From Candidatus Saccharimonadota bacterium (lineage in GTDB: Bacteria; Bacteroidota; Bacteroidia; Flavobacteriales; Blattabacteriaceae), in the NCBI RefSeq assembly GCF_014251775.1, contig NZ_CP059199.1:529717-561716 (forward strand): DNA of 32,000 nt, in the 5' to 3' direction. Below the pieces are notes generated by a model that was given only the letters and a program-made list of their open reading frames with translations, was not told the DNA's origin and did no database searches. A program made the position numbers and the translations under genes. This document shows positions 9,183-18,054 of this stretch, in pieces (positions within the stretch are counted from its first letter, which is position 1; every line of letters begins with the position of its first letter).

Positions 9183-10139
9183 TTATAATGAATACAAATA
9201 TTTTTCTAAATCTAATGCAGCCATACATCCACTTCCAGCAGATGTTATAGCTTGTCTATAATCAGGATCTTGTACATCACCAGCGGCAAATATACCTGGA
9301 TTACTTGTTAAAGTTTTTCCCTTTTCTACAACAATAAATCCTTTTTCAGTTAAATCTATTTGATTTTTAAAAATTTTTGTATTTGGATAAAATCCTATAG
9401 CAATAAATAAACCGTTAATCATTTTAGTTTCATATTTCTTATCTTGATTATTGAAAAATTTAATTCCTTCTAAAAAATTTTTTCCCATAATTTCTACAAT
9501 AGTAGATTGAAATAAAACATTTATATTTTTTTTTTTATAAATTCTATGTTGTAATATTTTTGATCCTTTAAAATAATTTTTTCTTACTAAAATATAAACA
9601 TTATTACATATTTTAGCTAAATAATTAGCTTCCTCTAATGCAGTATCACCTCCTCCTACTATTGCTACATTTTTATTTTTATAAAAAAAACCATCACAAG
9701 TAGCACATAAAGAAACTCCTGATCCTAATAATTTTTTTTCATTTTTTATTCCCAAAAAATTAGGAGTAGACCCCGTAGCGATAATAACACCTTGACTTTT
9801 TAAAACATTTTTATTTTTTTTGCCAAAAAAAATTTTATGAATTCCACCTTTTTTTTCTGAAAATAAAACACTAGTAACGGATTCATTTAATATCTTTACA
9901 TCAAAACGTGTTATTTGTTTTTTGCAATTATCCATTAATTCAACACCGTCTATTCCATTTGGAAAACCTAGATAATTATCAACCCTATTAGTAGTTGTTA
10001 GTTGACCACCTGGTAATTTTCCTGATAAAATTATAGGATTTAAATCTGATCTAGCTGCATAAATAGATGCAGAATATCCTGCTGGGCCTGATCCAATAAT
10101 AATACATTTATATATTTTCTTAAGATCTATTTTATACAT
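9183..10139 (-). CDS. trxB: Thioredoxin-disulfide reductase (low molecular weight type)
   Basis: 318 aa. FAD-binding IIGSGPAGYSASIYAAR, redox-active CATCDG, NADPH-binding VGGGDTALEEANYL, and C-terminal GIFAAGDVQD. Confidence 0.92.
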   Translation of the reverse strand: MYKIDLKKIYKCIIIGSGPAGYSASIYAARSDLNPIILSGKLPGGQLTTTNRVDNYLGFPNGIDGVELMDNCKKQITRFDVKILNESVTSVLFSEKKGGIHKIFFGKKNKNVLKSQGVIIATGSTPNFLGIKNEKKLLGSGVSLCATCDGFFYKNKNVAIVGGGDTALEEANYLAKICNNVYILVRKNYFKGSKILQHRIYKKKNINVLFQSTIVEIMGKNFLEGIKFFNNQDKKYETKMINGLFIAIGFYPNTKIFKNQIDLTEKGFIVVEKGKTLTSNPGIFAAGDVQDPDYRQAITSAGSGCMAALDLEKYLYSL

Positions 10140-10189
10140 TTTTTATAAATTATTGATTTTATTATTACATAATTAAATTAATATTATCT

Positions 10190-10633
10190 ATGTATAATAA
10201 TACATTTAATTTTTTTATAAGAAAAAACCTCATTTTAAAAAGAATAAATCGAAAAATATTTATTTTTTGTATAAAAAGAAAAAAATTTTTTTCCTTTAAA
10301 AAAGAAGAAGTTGTCAGACAACATATTCTTTTTATACTAAAAAATATAAAAAATTATAAAGATTCAGATATTTTAGTAGAAAGTTCAATACGGATCAATA
10401 ATTCCTTAAATCTAAGATTAGATATCTTAGTTTTTTTTAAAAAAAAACCACATATATTAATTGAGTGTAAATCACCTAATATAGTCATAACACAAAAAAC
10501 ATTTGATCAAATTTCTGCTTATAACAAATTTGTCAAGTCTAATTATTTAATGATCAGTAATGGAATTAAAAATTTTATTTTCAAAAAAAATAAACAGAAA
10601 AAAAAATTTTATTTTATAAGATATATTCCTTAA
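10190..10633 (+). CDS. Stand-alone HsdR-N-terminal-domain-like (PD-(D/E)xK fold) protein, function unknown
   Basis: 147 aa. EEVVRQH...RLDILVFFKKKPHILIECKSPNIVITQKTFDQISAYNKFVKSNYLMISNG matches my memory of the roughly 150-aa Bacteroidota family annotated as type I restriction enzyme HsdR N-terminal domain-containing protein (pattern EEWVRQH...D...ECK...ITQ.TFDQI..YN...YL...NG). No hsdM, hsdS or helicase gene is nearby. Confidence 0.7.
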   Translation: MYNNTFNFFIRKNLILKRINRKIFIFCIKRKKFFSFKKEEVVRQHILFILKNIKNYKDSDILVESSIRINNSLNLRLDILVFFKKKPHILIECKSPNIVITQKTFDQISAYNKFVKSNYLMISNGIKNFIFKKNKQKKKFYFIRYIP

Positions 10634-10661
10634 ATAGATAAAAAAATTATATTTAATTCTA

Positions 10662-11684
10662 TTAATTAATAGAATGCATGTATACGATAAGTTCTACTAA
10701 TTTATTTGAATAACCAAATTCATTATCGTACCATGATATAACTTTTAAAAAATTAGAATTTAACATAATACTAGCATTAGCATCGAAAATAGATATTCTT
10801 TTATCACCTATAAAATCTGTTGAGACTACTGGATCTTCTGTATAACCTAATATACCATTTAAATAACTATTAGCTGCTATTTTCATTGAATTTTTTATTT
10901 GATCATAATCAGTATTTTTTTTTAGACATACGGTAAAATCTAAAACTGATCCATTAGATACAGGGACTCTAAAAGCCATACCAGTTAATTTTCCATTTAA
11001 GCTAGGTATTATTTTTCCTACAGCATTCGCTGCACCAGTAGATGAAGGTATGATATTAATTAATGATGATCTACCCGATCTCCAATCTTTATTGGATATA
11101 GAGTCAACAACTTTTTGAGTTGCAGTACTAGCATGAATAGTAGTCATTAATCCTTTTAATATCCCAAAATTATCATTTAATACTTTAACTATGGGGGATA
11201 AACAATTTGTAGTGCAAGATGCATTAGATACAATTATATCATTTCTATTCATTTTATTATTATTGACCCCCATTACAAACATTGGAATATCTCCATCTTT
11301 AGGAGGAGCAGATAAAATAACTTTTTCAGCTCCAGATTTTATATGATAATTAGCTAATTCTCTAGTTAAAAAAACACCTGTACAATCTACTACATATTTT
11401 ACATCCAATTTTCCCCATAATAAATTTTGAGGATCTTTTATATTAGTAACCTTAATTTTTTTTCCATTTATCACTAAAAAATTATCATTCTCAATGAGAA
11501 TATTTATACAATTAATATTATTGCTATTATGAATAGAATCATATTTTAATATATATGCTAAGTATTCTATAGATATCAAATCATTTATACATACAATTTC
11601 AATATCATTCCTATTTATAGCAGATAATAAAACTAATTTTCCTATTCTTCCAATTCCATTAATTCCTATTCTAATAGTAGACAT
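10662..11684 (-). CDS. gap: Glyceraldehyde-3-phosphate dehydrogenase (type I)
   Basis: 340 aa. N-terminal [13 protein letters not shown] Rossmann motif, active-site [12 protein letters not shown], and [15 protein letters not shown] at the C-terminus. Confidence 0.93.
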   Translation of the reverse strand: MSTIRIGINGIGRIGKLVLLSAINRNDIEIVCINDLISIEYLAYILKYDSIHNSNNINCINILIENDNFLVINGKKIKVTNIKDPQNLLWGKLDVKYVVDCTGVFLTRELANYHIKSGAEKVILSAPPKDGDIPMFVMGVNNNKMNRNDIIVSNASCTTNCLSPIVKVLNDNFGILKGLMTTIHASTATQKVVDSISNKDWRSGRSSLINIIPSSTGAANAVGKIIPSLNGKLTGMAFRVPVSNGSVLDFTVCLKKNTDYDQIKNSMKIAANSYLNGILGYTEDPVVSTDFIGDKRISIFDANASIMLNSNFLKVISWYDNEFGYSNKLVELIVYMHSIN

Positions 11685-11747
11685 ATGATTAATATTTTTA
11701 TATATTTAATTAAAAATTTTTATAAAATAAATTGATTTATTTATATT

Positions 11748-13538
11748 TTATTCTTCAATTTTTACAAAAGTCATAAAAGCTGAAGATGGAATTTCAACTT
11801 TTCCTAAAGTACGCATCTTCTTTTTTCCTTTTTTTTGTTTATTTAATAACTTTTTTTTTCGAGTTATATCCCCTCCATAACATTTTCCAATAACATCTTT
11901 TCTAAAAGATTTTATAGTTTCTCTAGCAATAATTTTTCCGGATACAGAAGCTTGAATGGCGATATCAAATTGATGTCTAGGGATTATATTTAGTAATCTT
12001 TTACAAATTTTTTTTGCAAAAAAATTTATATTTTCTTTATGTACTAACATAGATAAAGATTCTATTTTTTCATAATTAATCAATATAATAATCTTTTTCA
12101 ATTCAACTAATCTATATCCTATAAAACGATAATCAAAAGTAGCATATCCTTTTGATATAGTCTTTAATTTATTATAAAAATCAAAAATAATTTCTGATAA
12201 TGGAAGTTCAAATATAATTCTAACTTTTCCAGATGAAAGATAATATTGATTGATCATTATCCCTCTTTTTTTCGTGCATAAAGATATTATATTACCAATA
12301 AATTCTTTTTTAGTAAAGATTGATATAGTAACGTAAGGTTCTTCTATTTTTTTATATTTTATAGAATCTGAAAAATTTGAAGGATTATTTATAAAAATAA
12401 TATCATTTTTTATATAAACCTTATAAGATACATTAGGAACAGTAATTATTACAGAAACACCATATTCTCTTTCTAAACGATCTTTAATAATTTCTATATG
12501 TAGCATTCCCAAAAATCCACAACGAAATCCATAGCCTAAAGCTGGAGAAGATTCTGGAATAAAATAAATAGAGGGATCATTTAATTTCAATTTTTCCATA
12601 GAATTTCGTAAATCTTCATATTTATCAGTATTTAATGGATAAATACTTGCAAAAACCATAGGCTTAATTTCTTCAATTTTTTGAATAAAATTTTTAGCTG
12701 GACAATCAAAATCTGTTATAGTATCTCCTACTTTTAATCCAAAATTTTTTTTTATTCCAGAAATAATATATCCAACATCTCCTGTACTTATTTTATTTTT
12801 AGGAATATATTTTAATTTAAGATTACCTATTTCATGAGCGTAAAAAAATTTACCTGTAGACATGAGTTTTAATTTTTGCCCTTTTTTTATAATACCATTT
12901 TTTATTCTAAAAAAAATTTCAATACCTTTAAAAGGATTATATATAGAATCAAATATAATAGCTTGCAATGGATTTTTTGAGTTACCTGTTGGATAAGGTA
13001 TTTTTTCAATAATTCTATTTAATATATTTTTTACACCTAATCCGGTTTTTGCACTAACCGTTATTATTTCATCTGTTTTACATTTTGTTAAATCGATTAT
13101 ATCTTCTATAATTTTTTTATAAAAAAATTTTTCAGATAAATCAATCTTATTCAAAACTGGAATAATAGTGAGATTATTTTTTAATGCTAAAGATAAATTG
13201 GATACAGTTTGTGCTTGTATTCCTTTCGTACAGTCAACAACTAATAATGCTCCTTCACAAGAATAAATAGATCTTCTAACTTCATAAGAAAAATCTACAT
13301 GGCCCGGGGTATCAATCAAATTTAAAATATAATTTTTTCTTTTATATTGATAATTCATTTGCACTGCGTGACTTTTTATAGTTATCCCCCTTTCTCGCTC
13401 TAAATCCATATCATCTAATAACTGATCTTTATTTTTTTTTACAATTGTATTTGTCAATTCTAAAAATCTATCTGCTAATGTACTTTTACCATGATCTATA
13501 TGAGCAATAATACAGAAATTACGAATATAATGAATCAT
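11748..13538 (-). CDS. lepA: Translation elongation factor 4 (LepA)
   Basis: 596 aa. IRNFCIIAHIDHGKSTLADR (G1), LIDTPGHVDFSYEV (G3), NKIDL (G4), and the LepA-specific C-terminal region ...GGDITRKKKLLNKQKKGKKKMRTLGKVEIP. Confidence 0.95.
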   Translation of the reverse strand: MIHYIRNFCIIAHIDHGKSTLADRFLELTNTIVKKNKDQLLDDMDLERERGITIKSHAVQMNYQYKRKNYILNLIDTPGHVDFSYEVRRSIYSCEGALLVVDCTKGIQAQTVSNLSLALKNNLTIIPVLNKIDLSEKFFYKKIIEDIIDLTKCKTDEIITVSAKTGLGVKNILNRIIEKIPYPTGNSKNPLQAIIFDSIYNPFKGIEIFFRIKNGIIKKGQKLKLMSTGKFFYAHEIGNLKLKYIPKNKISTGDVGYIISGIKKNFGLKVGDTITDFDCPAKNFIQKIEEIKPMVFASIYPLNTDKYEDLRNSMEKLKLNDPSIYFIPESSPALGYGFRCGFLGMLHIEIIKDRLEREYGVSVIITVPNVSYKVYIKNDIIFINNPSNFSDSIKYKKIEEPYVTISIFTKKEFIGNIISLCTKKRGIMINQYYLSSGKVRIIFELPLSEIIFDFYNKLKTISKGYATFDYRFIGYRLVELKKIIILINYEKIESLSMLVHKENINFFAKKICKRLLNIIPRHQFDIAIQASVSGKIIARETIKSFRKDVIGKCYGGDITRKKKLLNKQKKGKKKMRTLGKVEIPSSAFMTFVKIEE

Positions 13539-13581
13539 AAATAATGAAATTTTTTTAATAAAAAATTAAAACAATAGTTCA

Positions 13582-13656
13582 GTAACCCTGATGGGATTCG
13601 AACCCATATCATAGGAATCGGAATCCTATATTCTATCCTAATTTGAACTACAAGGT
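13582..13656 (-). tRNA. tRNA-Arg (anticodon CCG)
   Basis: Reverse complement folds as acceptor AACCTTG/CAGGGTT (one G-U pair), D stem GTTC/GAAT, anticodon stem TAGGA/TCCTA with loop TTCCGAT (anticodon CCG), and T arm ATGGG-TTCGAAT-CCCAT. Discriminator A. 75 nt. No encoded CCA. Confidence 0.85.
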
Positions 13657-13689
13657 TTATAAAAAACTCTTTTTAGTATCCTTTAATAT

Positions 13690-14244
13690 TTAATTAAATA
13701 AATTCATTGTTTTTTGCAATCCTTTTGTTACAAAAGAAAATATTATTTTTATACTTATATTGGATTTTGAAAATAAAAAATTTATTTCTTCATTTTTCCA
13801 ATTATTTAATACATGATTTTTAATATTTTTACTATTGTTTATCCCAAACCTAAGTCTGGCATAATTAGATGTTCTAATTTCTTTTTCAATACTTTTTAAT
13901 CCATTATGTCCACCATTTCCTCCCTTTTGTCTTAGTCTAAAGATTCCAAATTTAAGATAAATATCATCAGATAAAATTAGAACATTTTTTAATAATATTT
14001 TTTCTTTTATTATCCAATATTTTACAGATTTTCCACTAAAGTTAACATAAGTAGTAGGTTTTAAAAAAAAAATAAATTTATTATCATAATTAAGTTTAGA
14101 AATATAACCCAATTTTTTTTCAGAAAAATATAATGAATATTTATTTGCAATTTGATCTAGAATGAGAAATCCAAAATTGTGTCTTGTTTTTTTATAAATT
14201 ATTCCTGGATTTCCTAATCCTACTATTAAAAATTTATTATCCAT
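13690..14244 (-). CDS. pth: Peptidyl-tRNA hydrolase
   Basis: 184 aa. LIVGLGNPGIIYKKTRHNFGF and GGHNGLKSI motifs are typical of Pth. Confidence 0.9.
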   Translation of the reverse strand: MDNKFLIVGLGNPGIIYKKTRHNFGFLILDQIANKYSLYFSEKKLGYISKLNYDNKFIFFLKPTTYVNFSGKSVKYWIIKEKILLKNVLILSDDIYLKFGIFRLRQKGGNGGHNGLKSIEKEIRTSNYARLRFGINNSKNIKNHVLNNWKNEEINFLFSKSNISIKIIFSFVTKGLQKTMNLFN

Positions 14245-14249
14245 TTATA

Positions 14250-15134
14250 TTATAATGAATCATGCAATATCTTGTCAACCATTACACCAATTCCTTCTGG
14301 AGAATCTACCATATAAGCTCCATTTTTTCTCATAATATCTATTTTAGATTGTGCAGTTTCTATTTGTTTTTCTATAATTGCCCCCGCATGGCCCATAGTT
14401 CTTCCTTTAGGGGCTGTTTTCCCAGCTATAAATCCGATTATTGGTTTTACATTATTTTTACTACGCATATAATTAATTGCTTCAATTTCTAATTGTCCAC
14501 CTATTTCTCCAATTAAAACAATGCATTCTGTTTCAGAATCTTTTAAAAATAGATCTAAAGTTTCTTTAATACTTATTCCCACAATAGAATCTCCTCCTAT
14601 TCCAATAGCAGTAGAAATTCCATATCCTTTTTGTATAATTTGATTTGCTGCTTCATAAGTTAAAGTTCCTGATCGAGAAATTATTCCAATATTCCCTTGT
14701 TTTCTAAAAATAGAATTTGGCATAATTCCTACTTTTGATTTACCTGGCGAAATAATTCCTGGACAATTAGGTCCAATTAAATAACATTTTTTTCCTTTCA
14801 AAAATTGTTTAATATATACCATATCTAATACTGGTATACCTTCAGTAATACATACAATTATCCTAATCTTTGAAAAGATAGATTCTATTATTGCATCTGA
14901 AGCAAAATTTGATGGTACAAAAATAACACTAACATCTCCATTTGTATTTTTTACTGCATCTTCAACAGAATTAAAAATTGGTTTATTCATTATAGAACCC
15001 CCCCCTTTTCCGGGTGTTACACCTCCTACAATATTAGTTCCATAATTAATCATTTGTTCAGTATGGAATTTTCCTTCTTTTCCCGTTATACCTTGTACAA
15101 TAACTTTAATATTTTTATCAATTAAGATACTCAT
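14250..15134 (-). CDS. sucD: Succinyl-CoA synthetase alpha subunit
   Basis: 294 aa. VIVQGITGKEGKFHTEQMINYGTNIVGGVTPGKGG, SRSGTLTYEA, and the phosphohistidine loop MGHAGAII. No sucC is adjacent. Confidence 0.93.
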   Translation of the reverse strand: MSILIDKNIKVIVQGITGKEGKFHTEQMINYGTNIVGGVTPGKGGGSIMNKPIFNSVEDAVKNTNGDVSVIFVPSNFASDAIIESIFSKIRIIVCITEGIPVLDMVYIKQFLKGKKCYLIGPNCPGIISPGKSKVGIMPNSIFRKQGNIGIISRSGTLTYEAANQIIQKGYGISTAIGIGGDSIVGISIKETLDLFLKDSETECIVLIGEIGGQLEIEAINYMRSKNNVKPIIGFIAGKTAPKGRTMGHAGAIIEKQIETAQSKIDIMRKNGAYMVDSPEGIGVMVDKILHDSL

Positions 15135-15168
15135 ATCAGATAGAAATTTAAGAAAATCATTAAGATAG

Positions 15169-16434
15169 TCATTTATTATTTTTTTTTGAAATTTTAGCGA
15201 TTACTTCAGCTTCTACAACTAATTTTTTATTTACGAATCCCATACCTAATATACGAATTAAGCCGATTTTAATTGGTTCTAATAAATAAATTAAAAATAT
15301 AATTATATCTCCTGGAATTATTTTTTGTCTAAATTTAACATTATTAATTTTTAATAAATAAGTAGAATACAATTTTGGATTTTCAATTTTATTTAAGAAA
15401 AGAATACCTCCAACTTGTGCAATAGCTTCTATTTGTAATACTCCTGGCATTATAGGTTCATTAGGAAAATGTCCAATAAAAAATGGTTCATTTATTGTAA
15501 CATTTTTTACTCCAATAATATAATCAGTTGATATATCAATAATTTTATCAACTAATAAAAATGGAGGTTTATGAGGTAGAATTTTCATAATATTTTTTAT
15601 ATCAAAAATTGGTTTTGCTTCTAAATCATATTTGTCAATATCCATTAATTCAGATAATCTAATCTGCTTTATAATTTTTTTTAAAAATTCTATAATTATA
15701 GATTTATCTAAATTATAAATAATGAATTTTCCTATTATTTTAGTTTTTATTAAAGCTAAGAAAGCAATAAAATCTAATAAAAAATGTTTAGCTATTTCAT
15801 TTAAATTAAATAATTTTTTAAATATTTTTTTATTCAAAACACAAAAAATTCTAGAATCAGCAATATCTTTAAATTGGCTAATATCTTTTAAAACGGCATT
15901 TTGATTATTGATTTTGTTAGATCCAAAATCAACTATAGCGATTATTTCAAATTTATTAGATGGTAAAGCAATTATTTCTACATTATTTTTTTTACTTTTA
16001 ACAGTAATAACATCTTCAATAAAAAAAATTTTTTTATGAATTTTTTGTTCTATAATTCCTACATTTTCAATAGCTTTTACAAAAATTTTTGATGATCCAT
16101 CCAAAATAGGAACTTCAATATTATCTAATTCTATAATTATATTATCTATATCCATTCCATAAAGTGCTGCTATAATATGTTCAGTAGTATAAATTTTTAT
16201 ACCATTTTTTTCTAAAATTATTCCATTATTTAATTTTTCTTGAAAAAAATATAAAAAACTAAATTCTATGCTAACATTTTCTTCTAAATCTATTCTTTTA
16301 AATAAAAAACCAGTATGTTCTGGAGCTGGATTTAAAATAAGATTCGTTTTTTTTGGTGTATATAAACCAAATCCTTGAAAAAATATTTTTTTTGCAATAG
16401 TTTTTTGTTTTTTAACATACTTATTTTTTTTCAT
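15169..16434 (-). CDS. lpxC-fabZ: Bifunctional LpxC / FabZ fusion protein (UDP-3-O-acyl-GlcNAc deacetylase domain + 3-hydroxyacyl-ACP dehydratase domain)
   Basis: 421 aa. N-terminal LpxC-like region NPAPEHTGFLFKRIDL and IYTTEHIIAALYGMDIDNIIIELDNIEVPILDGSS. C-terminal FabZ region LPHKPPFLLVDKI...NVTINEPFFIGHFPNEPIMPGVLQIEAIAQVGG with catalytic His and Glu. The fusion is characteristic of Bacteroidota. See the finding on LpxC-half erosion. Confidence 0.85.
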   Translation of the reverse strand: MKKNKYVKKQKTIAKKIFFQGFGLYTPKKTNLILNPAPEHTGFLFKRIDLEENVSIEFSFLYFFQEKLNNGIILEKNGIKIYTTEHIIAALYGMDIDNIIIELDNIEVPILDGSSKIFVKAIENVGIIEQKIHKKIFFIEDVITVKSKKNNVEIIALPSNKFEIIAIVDFGSNKINNQNAVLKDISQFKDIADSRIFCVLNKKIFKKLFNLNEIAKHFLLDFIAFLALIKTKIIGKFIIYNLDKSIIIEFLKKIIKQIRLSELMDIDKYDLEAKPIFDIKNIMKILPHKPPFLLVDKIIDISTDYIIGVKNVTINEPFFIGHFPNEPIMPGVLQIEAIAQVGGILFLNKIENPKLYSTYLLKINNVKFRQKIIPGDIIIFLIYLLEPIKIGLIRILGMGFVNKKLVVEAEVIAKISKKNNK

Positions 16435-16575
16435 TTAAATATTTTTTTATACATATTAAAAAAAATTAAAATTATATATTTTATTAATTTTTTTTTACAG
16501 AAATTTTTTTTTTCTAAAAAAATGAATAATTTTAAATATATATTATTTAATTAGAAAAATAATTTTTTCTTAAAA

Positions 16576-16728
16576 ATGAAAAGAACATTTCAACCTTCTA
16601 AAAGAAGAAAATTAAACGTACACGGATTTATGAAAAGAATGAGGACAAAAAGTGGACGAGCAATTATAACTAGAAAAAGAAGAAAAAAAAGAAAAAAAAT
16701 ATCAGTTTGTAATTACAAAAAAAGGTAA
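16576..16728 (+). CDS. rpmH: 50S ribosomal protein L34
   Basis: Not in the ORF track (50 aa). Hand translation from the ATG at 16576 gives [50 protein letters not shown], with stop TAA at 16726-16728. The MKRTFQPS...HGF..RM.T..GR pattern is the L34 signature. Confidence 0.9.
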   Translation: MKRTFQPSKRRKLNVHGFMKRMRTKSGRAIITRKRRKKRKKISVCNYKKR

Positions 16729-16734
16729 AATTAA

Positions 16735-17913
16735 TTATTGAATCATAAATGTTTCTTTTTCTCCAATTTTTGGATAATTTTCTCCATTTTTACCAAAAAA
16801 TTTTTTTCCTTTTAAAGATAAATCCTCATAAGCAAAAAAATTTGATAAATCACCAATATCAACTATCCTAAAATTATAATCTACATCCATTTTTTTATAA
16901 TTAAAAAATTCTGATTTCATTAATCCTATATCTACTAAAAATTTAGTTTCGTTTTTATTTATTTCTACTTTCCTATATATCTTATCTAAAATAATTTTTT
17001 TATTTTGCTTAATATGATAATATAATTTATAATTCTTTTCAATTTCTTTTTCTTTTTTAGAAGAAATAAAATAAAAACTAAAAAGTATAGATAATGTATT
17101 ATATTTTCTAATAATATTTTTTTGAGCATCTCCAGGATAATTTCCCGCTTCAATAAGTATACATGGATATCCTTTTTCTTGTAAATAATCTCCGGTAGCA
17201 TTAGGATAATATTTTTCAGAATAAATTCCAATGGATCCAATATTATTAGGTAATATTTTTTTTATTTCTTTATATATTTCATATATAATCCCCATAGATT
17301 TTTTTTTTACATTATTAATAATATTTTTTTTATTAGATGGAGATAAAAAAGACAAAATAGCTGGATTAAAATATTTATTATCGACATTATAAATACTTCT
17401 TTGATCATGTAAATTAAATAAAATTTTAGGATTATTTTTTTCTATTTCTCTAAATAAAATTTTAATTTCTGGAGATTCTACACGAATAGCATCTCTGTTT
17501 AAATCTATACCTATAGCATTTCGTCTTTGAAAAATTTCAGATCCATCAGGATTTAACATAGGAATATATATAATAGTAATATTTTTTTCAAAAAACTTTA
17601 CCATTTCATGTGTTTCGTAATTTAAAAAAAAATTAAAAATATCAAACATTGATTTTGTTCCAGTTGTTTCATCACCATGCATTTGAGACCAAATCAAAAT
17701 TTTTATATTTCCTTTTCCCCATTGTATTTTAAATATTTTTCTATGTTCTATTGAATATCCAATAGTGTTAATTGAAATTATTTTCTGATATTTTCTTAAT
17801 AATTTTACTAAATTAGAATATCTAAAAATTTTAGATTTTTCATTAATATCTGAATTCTTAAATAAATTATATTTTCTATAAATTGATTTTATATTAAAAA
17901 TAAACATGTTCAA
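16735..17913 (-). CDS. M14-family zinc carboxypeptidase-like protein
   Basis: 392 aa. Zinc-binding HxxE in WSQMHGDETTG, substrate-binding GIDLNRDA, second zinc His in LFNLHDQRS, and a candidate catalytic Glu in ILIEAGNYPGD. Substrate unknown. Confidence 0.75.
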   Translation of the reverse strand: MNMFIFNIKSIYRKYNLFKNSDINEKSKIFRYSNLVKLLRKYQKIISINTIGYSIEHRKIFKIQWGKGNIKILIWSQMHGDETTGTKSMFDIFNFFLNYETHEMVKFFEKNITIIYIPMLNPDGSEIFQRRNAIGIDLNRDAIRVESPEIKILFREIEKNNPKILFNLHDQRSIYNVDNKYFNPAILSFLSPSNKKNIINNVKKKSMGIIYEIYKEIKKILPNNIGSIGIYSEKYYPNATGDYLQEKGYPCILIEAGNYPGDAQKNIIRKYNTLSILFSFYFISSKKEKEIEKNYKLYYHIKQNKKIILDKIYRKVEINKNETKFLVDIGLMKSEFFNYKKMDVDYNFRIVDIGDLSNFFAYEDLSLKGKKFFGKNGENYPKIGEKETFMIQ

Positions 17914-18020
17914 TAAAATTTTTATTTTTAAATTTTAGATTAATATAAAAAACATTAATAAAAATTATATAAATAACAATGATTTAAATTATTGAATTTT
18001 CATAAAAATAAAAAAAAATA

Positions 18021-18028
18021 TATTTTTG
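18021..18028 (+). promoter_or_regulatory. Candidate Bacteroidota -7 promoter box (TATTTTTG, matches TAnnTTTG) upstream of the CPBP protease gene
   Basis: Match to TAnnTTTG lies 26 nt upstream of the ATG at 18055, inside the 141-nt divergent spacer shared with the M14 gene. No well-spaced -33 TTG. A chance occurrence is plausible in this composition. Confidence 0.3.
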
Positions 18029-18054
18029 ATATTTAATATTATTATATTATATAT

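Noticed and set aside
10190-10633. Possible type I restriction-modification or defence locus, given the HsdR-N-like domain
   Set aside because: There is only a single 147-aa domain protein. No methyltransferase, specificity subunit, helicase or nuclease partner, or other defence gene lies nearby, and the flanking genes are trxB and gap. I report it as an orphan conserved protein, not as a defence system.
16576-16728. rpmH stands alone without rnpA downstream, and yidD is relocated next to acnA
   Set aside because: The rpmH-rnpA-yidD-yidC cluster is typical of Proteobacteria and Firmicutes. As far as I recall it is commonly dispersed in Bacteroidota, so this is probably a lineage-normal arrangement rather than a notable rearrangement.
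16986-17240. 84-aa minus-strand ORF nested in the M14 peptidase gene
   Set aside because: It is on the same strand but in a different frame from the 392-aa ORF that carries the HxxE, NRD and His motifs. The product is low-complexity Lys/Ile/Leu. There is no evidence for an overlapping gene.
16435-18054. The two divergent spacers (16435-16575 and 17914-18054) are both exactly 141 nt
   Set aside because: I found no sequence similarity between them on inspection, so the equal length looks coincidental.
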